This document shows positions 24,681 through 32,000 of a stretch of DNA of 32,000 bases, piece after piece; within the stretch, counting starts at the first letter, position 1, and every line of letters begins with the position of its first letter. The notes beneath the pieces are model-generated. The model saw nothing but the letters and a program-made list of their open reading frames with translations, was not told where the DNA came from and ran no database searches. Source of the DNA: Nitrosococcus oceani ATCC 19707 (GTDB lineage: Bacteria > Pseudomonadota > Gammaproteobacteria > Nitrosococcales > Nitrosococcaceae); contig NC_007484.1 in NCBI RefSeq assembly GCF_000012805.1, positions 2,520,001 through 2,552,000 on the forward strand. Reading direction: 5' to 3'. The position numbers and the translations under genes are program-made.

Positions 24681-26529
24681 AAAAATCCCCGCTCTTCTCC
24701 CGTCCTATATTGAAAGTCAGCCCCCAGCCGGGCGGCCAATATAAATTCAGACTGGCGCTACCCCGATAATAGGGATCTTCATTCTGGCCTGGGAAAAATT
24801 GACTCTGAGCTTCGACCCGAAAACTTCCCCAGTACCGTTGTAAATTCCAGCCCAGGGCGATGCCCGGCGATAGCTGATAACTATCCTGGAGCTGAGTGCC
24901 TATCCGGCCGGTACCGGTAGCTAAAGCATAGGCCAATCCATGGGCAATACCGTAACTCACCCCCGCACCGCCTTTAAGATAAGCGGCCAAGGGGCGCGTC
25001 CCTTCACTGGTCAACTGGCGATCCGCGCCAAAACCCGCTTGCCATGAAATGGGACGGAAGAAGCGATCCCGGGCAGACAAGGAAATAATATCCACGAGAT
25101 TTAGCTGCTCAAGCTCAAACTGATTGCTCTCCCAATAATAACGCAGCTCCGCATTTAGAAACTGAAGCTGGGAGCCAAGCCGGTAACCCGGCGCTGGGTC
25201 CGAAAAATCATGGTAGGCGGGCCGCAGCGATAACCCCAGATAAGGACGTTGCCCTTGGCGGCCCGCCATAGCCGTTATGCGGCCGGTCGGATGGCCTTGA
25301 TCATCCCGCACCTTGGGCCGGGGCGCAGCCGATAAAGGGGATGATCCCGGTATCTTGCTGCGCGCTTGCAGCAATCCATAGGACAAATCGGCGGTAGCCT
25401 CGCGGGATAATTGCTCCTTTTGGACCCGATAGCGCACCAGCTCATAGGCTGTTTCCAGAACCGCCGCATACCGCTCCGGCGCTAAGCCGGCAGTGGCTTT
25501 CTCAGAAGGAAGCTGTTGGCTTTCATTCATTGAAAATACCCAGTGGCGCTCGGAAGCCTTGAGTTGGCTTAAATGGTGGCGTAACTCGGTCGCCTGGGAG
25601 GGGCGAAAATAAACTGAATCGACCAAATGATTGGCGACCACAATACGCACCGTATCGGAAGGAATAGCCCGCAAAATGCTCACTTGGGGAATCAGCCTGG
25701 TGCCAGGACGGGCTACATCAATCAGGGCCAGCAGACGATAGGCACAGTTTTCGTCAAAGAAAAAATAATCAAACCGCTTATCTTTTATTTCCCAGACATG
25801 GCGAAGTAACTGGGTCACCTCATCAGGACGCAGATTCAACGCGTACTCCCACAGATCCCGGTTTTCCAGTTTGCTATAGAGGCGAAGCTTGTCGAAATAA
25901 GGCTCTACCGTGGTGATTCCCGGATAACCCCCAAAAATACCCCGGTAAGCAAACATGATTTCGCTGTCATGGGCCGCGGCATCTGCGGCATAGCTGACCG
26001 TGCTGGCTAAAATCAGGCTGTCCTGATTGAAGCTGGGCGGATCTAACCTCAAAAAGGTATGGCCAAACATGGAGGATGGGCTATTGAGATAGGAGGAGGC
26101 AAATACCAGGGTAACCCGGGCCGTATTCAATTGCTCCAACCAACTTGCAAGCTGTGGGCATGGCACCGCCGGAATACGGGAGAAAGGATGGCCCTGTTGT
26201 TGTAGCCAATAAAAGCGAGCAGGAAAGCGGCATTGGGGATGAGTCCCCTGGCCATCCCCATTGCGCAACGCTATGAGCGTTGCCGTAAGCTCCCCATGGG
26301 GATCGGTTTTCCCGTTTTTGGCAAGAAAAAAACGGGGATCGTCCGCTTGGCTTTTGTGAGTCCATCCCAGCACGGTCGGCCGGTAATGAAGCAAGGCCCA
26401 CCACGCGGGGCGTTCCGAAAGCTGCTGTTGCTGGGCTGCCGCCAGCAGTTCCTCCAGGGTGGGAATCTCCGCCTGGGCCCAGCCGCACATACCATAAAGA
26501 AGACAAAATAAACCCAGGTGGCGAAGCAT
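24640..26529 (-). CDS. DUF4105 (Lnb-N-like) periplasmic-domain protein with C-terminal outer-membrane beta-barrel-like region
   Basis: The signal peptide is MLRHLGLFCLLYGMCGWAQA. 'SSMFGHTFLRL' and 'FFDENCAYRLL' are, as I recall, characteristic of DUF4105. The C-terminal third has alternating-residue strands and ends in ...GGVRLYF. A terminal Phe is typical of outer-membrane proteins. Confidence 0.6.
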   Translation of the reverse strand: MLRHLGLFCLLYGMCGWAQAEIPTLEELLAAAQQQQLSERPAWWALLHYRPTVLGWTHKSQADDPRFFLAKNGKTDPHGELTATLIALRNGDGQGTHPQCRFPARFYWLQQQGHPFSRIPAVPCPQLASWLEQLNTARVTLVFASSYLNSPSSMFGHTFLRLDPPSFNQDSLILASTVSYAADAAAHDSEIMFAYRGIFGGYPGITTVEPYFDKLRLYSKLENRDLWEYALNLRPDEVTQLLRHVWEIKDKRFDYFFFDENCAYRLLALIDVARPGTRLIPQVSILRAIPSDTVRIVVANHLVDSVYFRPSQATELRHHLSQLKASERHWVFSMNESQQLPSEKATAGLAPERYAAVLETAYELVRYRVQKEQLSREATADLSYGLLQARSKIPGSSPLSAAPRPKVRDDQGHPTGRITAMAGRQGQRPYLGLSLRPAYHDFSDPAPGYRLGSQLQFLNAELRYYWESNQFELEQLNLVDIISLSARDRFFRPISWQAGFGADRQLTSEGTRPLAAYLKGGAGVSYGIAHGLAYALATGTGRIGTQLQDSYQLSPGIALGWNLQRYWGSFRVEAQSQFFPGQNEDPYYRGSASLNLYWPPGWGLTFNIGREKSGDFYAIILQGGVRLYF

Positions 26530-26606
26530 GAAGGTGGAAAAAATGGAGTTATGGGAAAAGCCGGGATTATAACTAAGCGGTCTGCCAGATCAGAAGATCT
26601 TAGAAG

Positions 26607-26636
26607 CATGAAGCCGGTCGAGTGCCCGGCTTCATG
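26607..26636 (-). terminator. Perfect 11-bp intercistronic hairpin (possible attenuator or processing site)
   Basis: CATGAAGCCGG (26607-26617) pairs with CCGGCTTCATG (26626-26636) around an 8-nt loop. It lies between the DUF3015 stop (26653) and the DUF4105 start (26529). No clean U-tract follows it on the minus strand, so it is not a canonical terminator. Confidence 0.3.
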
Positions 26637-26652
26637 GCTTCAGCGTGAGAAA

Positions 26653-27123
26653 TTAACTTAGATATTTGGCTAGGGCGGTATCCCCTTTCATCACTTTTTC
26701 TAGCCCAGAGAGGGCTTCCTTAGAAGTGACATTCTGATTGGGAAAGATAACACTGAATTGATTTTTTACCGTGGCCTTAAAGTGGTCTTTATCGGCTTCC
26801 TGAACCTTCATGAGCGTTATCAAGGCGTTCAGGTGCTCACCTTCGCCACGGCTCATATCCGTTGCCAATTGTTCCATGTTTTGATCAAAAAAATTGGCGG
26901 CCATCACATCAATGGGCTTGCTGGTATCACAGCCCAAGGTGCCCGTGGTCATCCCAAACGTTTGGTTACCAAAACTGGCATTAGTGGTTGCCGCCAGTAC
27001 GTGCGGAGCAAGCCGATCTTGCCCTTTAAAGAGCACAGAACCAGCCCCACAGCCTGGCCCGCTATCGGCGAATGCAAACCCAGAAATAGCAGCTAGCAGT
27101 AGGCCCAAAAATACTTTTCTCAT
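26653..27123 (-). CDS. Small secreted protein, DUF3015-like
   Basis: The signal peptide is MRKVFLGLLLAAISGFAFA. The mature start 'DSGPGCGAGS' and 'TTNASFGNQTFGMTTGTLGC' match my recollection of DUF3015. The SD GGGAGA lies upstream. It is the first gene of the DUF3015, DUF4105 and hydrolase cluster. Confidence 0.55.
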   Translation of the reverse strand: MRKVFLGLLLAAISGFAFADSGPGCGAGSVLFKGQDRLAPHVLAATTNASFGNQTFGMTTGTLGCDTSKPIDVMAANFFDQNMEQLATDMSRGEGEHLNALITLMKVQEADKDHFKATVKNQFSVIFPNQNVTSKEALSGLEKVMKGDTALAKYLS

Positions 27124-27753
27124 TATTAATCTCCCTGTTTAGTGGATTTATCAAGGGACGGCAATATTGAATTAAACCCATGGCTTATCACAACATCGCC
27201 AGCTTATTTATTAATAAGTAGTATAGTGCTAGTTTTTATAAATACCATAAAATCCAATGTCTGATGAAAGAAGCTCAGGACCGCTAGCCTTCCTAACCAA
27301 ATAGCAGCGCATCCCTCCTGCCCGCTTATTTAACGGGCAATATCCGAACTGGGATGAAAGGAAAAAATCGCATTATCGTGGAACAGAGGATCGAACTGGT
27401 AAAAAAGCTGGGCGCTAGCCCGAGGCGCCTCGGTGTAGGCCACGATAGTGCTATTACCAGCTACCGGACGCCCATCTTATCCACTCCTAATAATAGCCAT
27501 TATTCAGCCCCGCCAATATCCCCGTTTCCAGGTGGAGGATTAGGTAGGGAATCCGCGACCGAGTTGGGGGAATTAGGCACCTAAGGCATTTAGCCGTCCC
27601 GAAACCTTCAGCATCGAGCCCTACTAACACCCCATTCAGACCATCAGAATCACGCAGGAACTCACCTGCCACACCCCGATGCGGGTTACCGAACTGAGTT
27701 GAGCACGATGGGTACCCGGATAGCGGCAATCTCATAATACTTTACGGGTGGGC

Positions 27754-27999
27754 CTATAGGGCAGGATTGGGCCTGGTAAAGGATTTCCTTATGGCGGCCC
27801 GCAGAATCAGTCCCTCGGTCTGCTCGTGGCTTTTAACCTTAAACCCAGTTTGCTTCTCGACGGACTGCTCGAATTTCTCCTCCAGCGGTGAGTGCCCTTC
27901 ACTGGCATAGAGAGGCGTTGACAACAATCCCGTCAGGAGAAAACCTGCTACGGAAAGCACCCGGGAATAGACCCTAGGCCGATTTTGCTTCGCTTTCAT
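27754..27999 (-). CDS. Small secreted hypothetical protein (81 aa)
   Basis: The ATG at 27999 is preceded by GAGAGAGGGA. The signal peptide is MKAKQNRPRVYSRVLSVAGFLLTGLLSTPLYA. The mature part is charged. The track ORF starts 10 codons earlier. Confidence 0.5.
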   Translation of the reverse strand: MKAKQNRPRVYSRVLSVAGFLLTGLLSTPLYASEGHSPLEEKFEQSVEKQTGFKVKSHEQTEGLILRAAIRKSFTRPNPAL

Positions 28000-28355
28000 T
28001 TTTAATTCCCTCTCTCTGAGGCTTCTCAAAGAATGAAACCCATTAGGGAATGTTCTAATCCAGGATGTGGAGAAAAAAAGTAAACTTTGTTACAGGACTG
28101 GCGTGGAAAGTGTTACTTTTGGAGATAAGCGAATCGCCTTAGCATGATTGTGCTTGCGCTAGCGGTACTTTTGGATGCGTTTCATGTAAACGACGAGGCT
28201 TCGCTGGTAAGCATCACAATGCTTAGACAAATCAGAATAGAAAAACCCTACTTTAATATAGGGGGGGCAACAACCGAGGACTTCGGTTCTTCGTCAAGCA
28301 CAAAAAAACAAGGAATCACGTGACACGATCCGAACCCAAATTCAAAACCGCGGAG

Positions 28356-29132
28356 ATGAATATCATGATAAAAAATACCTCACCCACCGGACTGTTGATA
28401 ATCATTCTGACAACTCCGGCGCTCCTGAATGCGGCGCCAATCATTGAGGGTGAAGCGGATCTATTAACATCTTTTTTTAGCCATTCCCCTGGGGGGCCTC
28501 TCAGCGGTAGAGTTGAGATGGATGGCGTTCGCGGAATAGACACGCCGGCTAATGATGGTGTCTTCCTTTTTTCCTTTAATGGTTTCGGGGAAACTATTTT
28601 AAATTTTGAAACCGGAGACTTAATATCATTGGATGGTGGTGTTTACACTTGGAACGGTGGCGGTTTTATTACTCAAAGCGGTGCGCTAGGGCCACCCTCT
28701 ACCATGGGTGCCGGAGACTTTATTGTACCTGATATCACCTTTTTAGCAGGCGAGTGGATGGGGCCCATCACCGGGCAAATCGAGGACTCAGGCGATTTTG
28801 TTGTAAGGGGCTCTGGCACGGACGTTAAGGATCAAACGCTGCTTGATTTTTATGGGATTCCGGCTGCGGATAATAGCTGGCAATATTCCTTTGAGCTTTC
28901 CTTGGCACCAGAGGAAATAGTTTTCCAACCAGATGGTAGTTTTGATCTTTTTGCTGACATCTCTCGTCCTAATCTATTTTTTAATAACACCAATACCGCT
29001 ACTAGCGTACCAGCGCCAACGACTCTCATTTTATTTATGATCGGGCTAGTCACCTTGGGTTTCTATAACTTTCGGCGAAAACGCTCGAACTTGCATAATC
29101 CCTTCGATAGCAGCGTTGCCTGGGTACAATAG
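28356..29132 (+). CDS. PEP-CTERM sorting-domain protein (exosortase substrate)
   Basis: The C-terminus 'VPAPTTLILFMIGLVTLGFYNFRRKR' has the PEP-CTERM layout: a VP(E/A)P motif, a TM helix and an Arg/Lys cluster. The N-terminal signal is MNIMIKNTSPTGLLIIILTTPALLNA. The ATG at 28356 has a GGAG SD. The track starts at the GTG at 28320. Confidence 0.8.
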   Translation: MNIMIKNTSPTGLLIIILTTPALLNAAPIIEGEADLLTSFFSHSPGGPLSGRVEMDGVRGIDTPANDGVFLFSFNGFGETILNFETGDLISLDGGVYTWNGGGFITQSGALGPPSTMGAGDFIVPDITFLAGEWMGPITGQIEDSGDFVVRGSGTDVKDQTLLDFYGIPAADNSWQYSFELSLAPEEIVFQPDGSFDLFADISRPNLFFNNTNTATSVPAPTTLILFMIGLVTLGFYNFRRKRSNLHNPFDSSVAWVQ

Positions 29133-29235
29133 GTACGCTGAATGGAGACTCCGGATTGGCGTAATTACAACCAATCTATCATGGAACACTAAATTGGCAT
29201 CGCCTGATACCCACCAAGGAGGCGATAATCGCCGG

Positions 29236-29278
29236 TAGAAAAAGAAAGAGGGGGGCGGAAGCGGCCCTTCTCTTTCTT
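29236..29278 (-). terminator. Probable rho-independent terminator of the vapBC operon
   Basis: An outer 9-bp stem joins 29242-29250 (AAGAAAGAG) to 29270-29278 (CTCTTTCTT). An inner GGGC/GCCC pairing joins 29253-29256 to 29264-29267. On the minus strand a T-rich run (TTTCT) follows. It lies about 100 nt downstream of the vapC stop. Confidence 0.35.
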
Positions 29279-29374
29279 AAAAAGCATTGTTGTAAAAATA
29301 TTGCAGCTATAGCGTAGGTCATCAGGTTTATTGTCATCGCGGTGGATCAAGAGCCGGCAGCGTGTCAAACCGAA

Positions 29375-29827
29375 TCAGGCAGCGTAATCATTCAAACAAA
29401 CCACCTCCATCCCATCAAATCGCCGCCAATTACGATCATTGGTTACCGCACAAGTGGCACCGTTCTCAAGGCCAGTTGCCAAAATGAGGGCGTCAGGAGT
29501 TTTTAATCCGAAACGCGCGCGGAGCAGGCCCGCCGAATGCAGAACAGGGCGGATAATGGGGCAAAGCGTGAGATTCGGGAATGCCTCCAGCAGGAGTTCG
29601 TATTCATCGGCGATATCCTCCCGCCCTTGGCGCAGAGGTTGGATTTTGATTTCCAACAAAGAAAGTTCGGAAGAGACGGCTCGGTTACAGCCAGAAGCCA
29701 CTTGTTCCAAAATCTTTGTGGTCAACGGGGCGAATATGGGATGATCTTCGATGTGATAGATCCAAACACAACTGTCGAGGAGCAAACATGAATGTTCCTG
29801 CAAAGCGGCCTCAATCGTCCCAGGCAT
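29375..29827 (-). CDS. vapC: Type II toxin VapC (PIN-domain ribonuclease)
   Basis: PIN acidic residues appear in the usual contexts: 'LLDSCVWIY', 'SELSLLEI', 'TPDALILATG' and 'AVTNDRNW'. I prefer the ATG at 29827, which overlaps the antitoxin stop by 17 nt. The track starts at 29857. Confidence 0.8.
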   Translation of the reverse strand: MPGTIEAALQEHSCLLLDSCVWIYHIEDHPIFAPLTTKILEQVASGCNRAVSSELSLLEIKIQPLRQGREDIADEYELLLEAFPNLTLCPIIRPVLHSAGLLRARFGLKTPDALILATGLENGATCAVTNDRNWRRFDGMEVVCLNDYAA

Positions 29828-30053
29828 CCCGCTCCTTTTCCAGGTAATTCTTGCCATTCTCCTGGGGCCAAACTTCTCGATGCAGACCGCGCAGTTTAGC
29901 GACGAAATCCTCCGGCCGCGGCACCATGACCAAATGATCTCCCCGCGCCAGAACCAGCAGTTGCTGACCTGGTTTTAGTTTCAGCGCTTCCCTGGCGGCA
30001 CGGGGAATGACCACTTGATTTTTTGAACTCAAAGTTACGAGATTATTCGTCAT
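29811..30053 (-). CDS. vapB: Type II antitoxin, AbrB/SpoVT/MazE-fold (VapB)
   Basis: Starting at the ATG at 30053 gives an 80-aa protein, MTNNLVTLSSKNQVVIPRAAREALKLKPGQQLLV..., with the typical swapped-hairpin AbrB motif. The 58 upstream codons of the track ORF overlap the prpD 3' end and look non-native. Confidence 0.8.
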   Translation of the reverse strand: MTNNLVTLSSKNQVVIPRAAREALKLKPGQQLLVLARGDHLVMVPRPEDFVAKLRGLHREVWPQENGKNYLEKERDAWDD

Positions 30054-30192
30054 GGTTATAGGTAAAGCATAAATGTATTTACGCTTTACTTTAGGATCGA
30101 TGGCCAATTTCGTCAAGCGAGAAGTTAAACAACAGCCGGCAGCAAAACGATACCCCGCAGGCCGGATTAAGCGCCGCGTATCCGGCGAAATA

Positions 30193-31644
30193 TCAGGCCG
30201 TGCTAATAAACAGTTCCATGAACTCATCCACGGGCATGGCCGCCAAACGCTCCCGGTCGCTAAAGAGATCCAAAATTGTCTGGCAACGTTCCGGAGGAAA
30301 ACAGCCGCCCAGGCTGTTCTGGAATTTATCCCGTAGCAGGGGCAAGGCTTCGGCGCGCCGCCGCCGGTGGCCTAAAGGATAGGTCACCTCCACCCGGAGG
30401 GTAGCGCTGCCATCGCTGAAAAATACCTGGACCGCATTGGCAATCGCCCGTTTCTCGGGATCTAAATAATCCTCGGTAAATTCCTTCTTTTCGATGACCT
30501 CCATCTTCTCCCGCAGGGCGTCAATCCGGGGGTCCCGGGCCCGTTCATCTTCGTAATCCTTCATGGTGATCTGGCTCTCCAGCAAGGCTACCGCCACCAT
30601 GTACTGCAGGCAGTGATCCCGATCCGCAGGATTATGGAGGGGACCAGTCTTGTCGATGATTCGCACCGCCGGTTCCTGGGTCTCAATGACAATCCGTGCC
30701 ACCTCCGACAATCGGGACGTCACCTGGGGATGGAGTGAAATCGCCGCCTCAATGGCGGTCTGGGCATGGAACTCCGCCGGATAGGCTACTTTGAAGAGGA
30801 TATTCTCCACGACATAACTGCCTAAAGCCCGAGGCAAGGTAAAGGACTCTCCTTTGAATAACACCTGGTAAAACCCCCAGCCAGGGGCCGTCAAAGCCGA
30901 CGGGTAGCCCATCTCCCCTTGCAAGGCCATAAGAGCTAAACGCACCCCCCGGCTGGTAGCATCCCCCGCGGCCCAGCTTTTCCGTGAACCGGTATTGGGG
31001 GCATGGCGGTAGGTCCGCAGGGGCCCCCCGTCCAGCCAGGCATTGGAAAGGGCGTTGATAATCTGCTCCTGAGTACCGCCTAATAAAGCTGCTGTCACGG
31101 CGGCGCTAGCCACCCGTACCAGCACCACATGATCCAATCCCACCCGATTAAAGGCATTCTCCAAGGCCAACACGCCCTGAATTTCATAGACTTTGATCAA
31201 TGCGGTCAGCACCTGGCGCATCGCCAGCGGCGGCGCGCCTTCTTGCCGCCGCTGGCGGCTCAAATAATCGGCAATGGCTAGAATAGCCCCCAGATTATCG
31301 GAGGGATGGCCCCATTCAGCGGCCAGCCAAGTGTCATTGAAATCCAGCCAGCGGATCATGATGCCGATATTGAAAGCGGCCTGCACCGGATCAAGGACAT
31401 AGCCGGTTCCCGGCACCCGGGCGCCCGCGGGGAAAATCACGCCAGGGACAATCGGGCCAAGCAGGCGGGTACAGGCAGGATTATCCAGGGCGAGCAAAGC
31501 ACAGCCAAGGCTGTCCATTAAGCAGTCATGGGCAGTCTCATAGGCTTCGGGACGGTTAACTTCCCCCTGGAGAACATAATCCGCTAAGATCGTCAGAACC
31601 TCATCCGGCGGCGGCCGCTGGGCTGAACGTCTGTCATTACTCAT
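30193..31644 (-). CDS. prpD: 2-methylcitrate dehydratase PrpD
   Basis: The 483-aa ORF is collinear with E. coli PrpD over long identical stretches. Examples are '[24 protein letters not shown]', '[31 protein letters not shown]' and '[15 protein letters not shown]'. Confidence 0.95.
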   Translation of the reverse strand: MSNDRRSAQRPPPDEVLTILADYVLQGEVNRPEAYETAHDCLMDSLGCALLALDNPACTRLLGPIVPGVIFPAGARVPGTGYVLDPVQAAFNIGIMIRWLDFNDTWLAAEWGHPSDNLGAILAIADYLSRQRRQEGAPPLAMRQVLTALIKVYEIQGVLALENAFNRVGLDHVVLVRVASAAVTAALLGGTQEQIINALSNAWLDGGPLRTYRHAPNTGSRKSWAAGDATSRGVRLALMALQGEMGYPSALTAPGWGFYQVLFKGESFTLPRALGSYVVENILFKVAYPAEFHAQTAIEAAISLHPQVTSRLSEVARIVIETQEPAVRIIDKTGPLHNPADRDHCLQYMVAVALLESQITMKDYEDERARDPRIDALREKMEVIEKKEFTEDYLDPEKRAIANAVQVFFSDGSATLRVEVTYPLGHRRRRAEALPLLRDKFQNSLGGCFPPERCQTILDLFSDRERLAAMPVDEFMELFISTA

Positions 31645-31656
31645 GGAAGAAACCTG

Positions 31657-32000
31657 TTAGCCACGCTGCTCAATGGGCACAAAATCCCGGGGCTCGGGAC
31701 CAATGTAGTTGGCCATGGGACGAATCAAGCGGTTATCGGCCCGTTGTTCCATAATATGGGCGGCCCAACCCGCCACCCGGGAACACACAAAGAGGGGCGT
31801 ATAAAGATGAACGGGAATTCCCAAAAAGCGATAAGCCGGGGCGATATAAAAATCCAAATTAGGAAACAAGCCCTTTTCCCGCTTCATGACGACCTCGATC
31901 CGCTCGGCAATGGGAAACAAATAGCTGTCCCCCGCCCGTTCCGCCAATTGCCGGCACCAATCCTTGATAATGGCGTTCCTGGGGTCGGCTTCTTTGTACA
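31657..32000 (-). CDS. prpC: 2-methylcitrate synthase / citrate synthase family (PrpC), 3' portion; gene continues beyond the right edge
   Basis: The frame stays open to the window edge (...YKEADPRNAIIKDWCRQLAERAGDS...). The C-terminal 'FPNLDFYIAPAYRFLGIP...LFVCSRVAGWAAHIMEQ' is the conserved citrate-synthase C-terminus. It sits immediately upstream of prpD. The 'M' at 31947 in the track is an internal TTG. Confidence 0.85.
   Translation of the reverse strand, partial: YKEADPRNAIIKDWCRQLAERAGDSYLFPIAERIEVVMKREKGLFPNLDFYIAPAYRFLGIPVHLYTPLFVCSRVAGWAAHIMEQRADNRLIRPMANYIGPEPRDFVPIEQRG

Noticed and set aside
27375-27446. 72-nt cloverleaf-like module with a GTTCGATCC T-loop motif; possible tRNA or tRNA fragment
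   Set aside because: With the T-loop in register, the T-stem pairs at only 2 of 5 positions and the acceptor stem is shifted by 2 nt. The D and anticodon arms cannot be built on either strand. It is not a functional canonical tRNA. I kept it only as part of the structured-region finding.
27385-27745. An approximately 360-nt GC-rich non-coding stretch; size suggested tmRNA or RNase P RNA
   Set aside because: - It has no GGGGCUG...CCACCA acceptor pairing, no tag-peptide reading frame (ANDxNYALAA type) and no GGUUCGAAUCC-closed T-arm, so it is not a tmRNA.
- It has no GGAAAGUCCGG or ACAGAAxxCGGCUUA blocks, so it is not RNase P RNA.
- It also showed no match to the cobalamin, TPP, glycine or fluoride riboswitch cores I could recall.
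1-32000. Scan for CRISPR arrays, rRNA operons, integron attC sites or long tandem repeats
   Set aside because: Reading the window, I saw no regularly spaced direct repeats of 24-40 nt, no rRNA-like conserved blocks and no long tandem arrays. This was a manual inspection only. A dedicated repeat finder was not run.

Overview
This is a 32-kb chromosomal window that looks proteobacterial, probably gammaproteobacterial. The species cannot be called from the sequence alone. I saw no rRNA, canonical tRNA or CRISPR array.

**Left third (1-7.5 kb, mostly minus strand): envelope housekeeping.**
- An LpxL-like acyltransferase and a Wzm/Wzt-type polysaccharide ABC exporter.
- nagZ, two Dpp/Opp-type permeases with no ATPase or binding protein, and a YkuD L,D-transpeptidase.
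- One membrane protein on the plus strand.

**Centre (7.67-15.74 kb): the most interesting locus.** It is a tightly packed six-gene minus-strand operon.
- It lies between a 530-bp non-coding region and a bidirectional terminator.
- It encodes a trypsin-fold serine protease, an HExxH metalloprotease-like protein, and two small or medium proteins I cannot assign.
- It also encodes two large proteins (803 and 600 aa) with long acidic N-termini that share short SPF[LVS] motifs. The 803-aa protein alternates acidic blocks with lysine-rich amphipathic-looking blocks. The 600-aa protein carries a peptidoglycan-binding-like motif.
- None of the six has a signal peptide, TM helix, NTPase or nuclease motif that I can see.
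- I cannot match the set to any described system.

**Right half:**
- A CPA2 K+/H+ antiporter and a sulfotransferase.
- A decayed defence islet: a DUF1156/COG1743 Zn-ribbon DNA methyltransferase with an overlapping unknown ORF, a tnpB-only IS200/IS605-type element with a candidate omega-RNA, and a truncated AT-rich DUF262 gene.
- An alpha/beta-hydrolase, DUF4105 and DUF3015 envelope cluster.
- A 630-bp hairpin-dense non-coding gap.
- A small secreted protein, a PEP-CTERM protein, vapBC, prpD and the 3' part of prpC.
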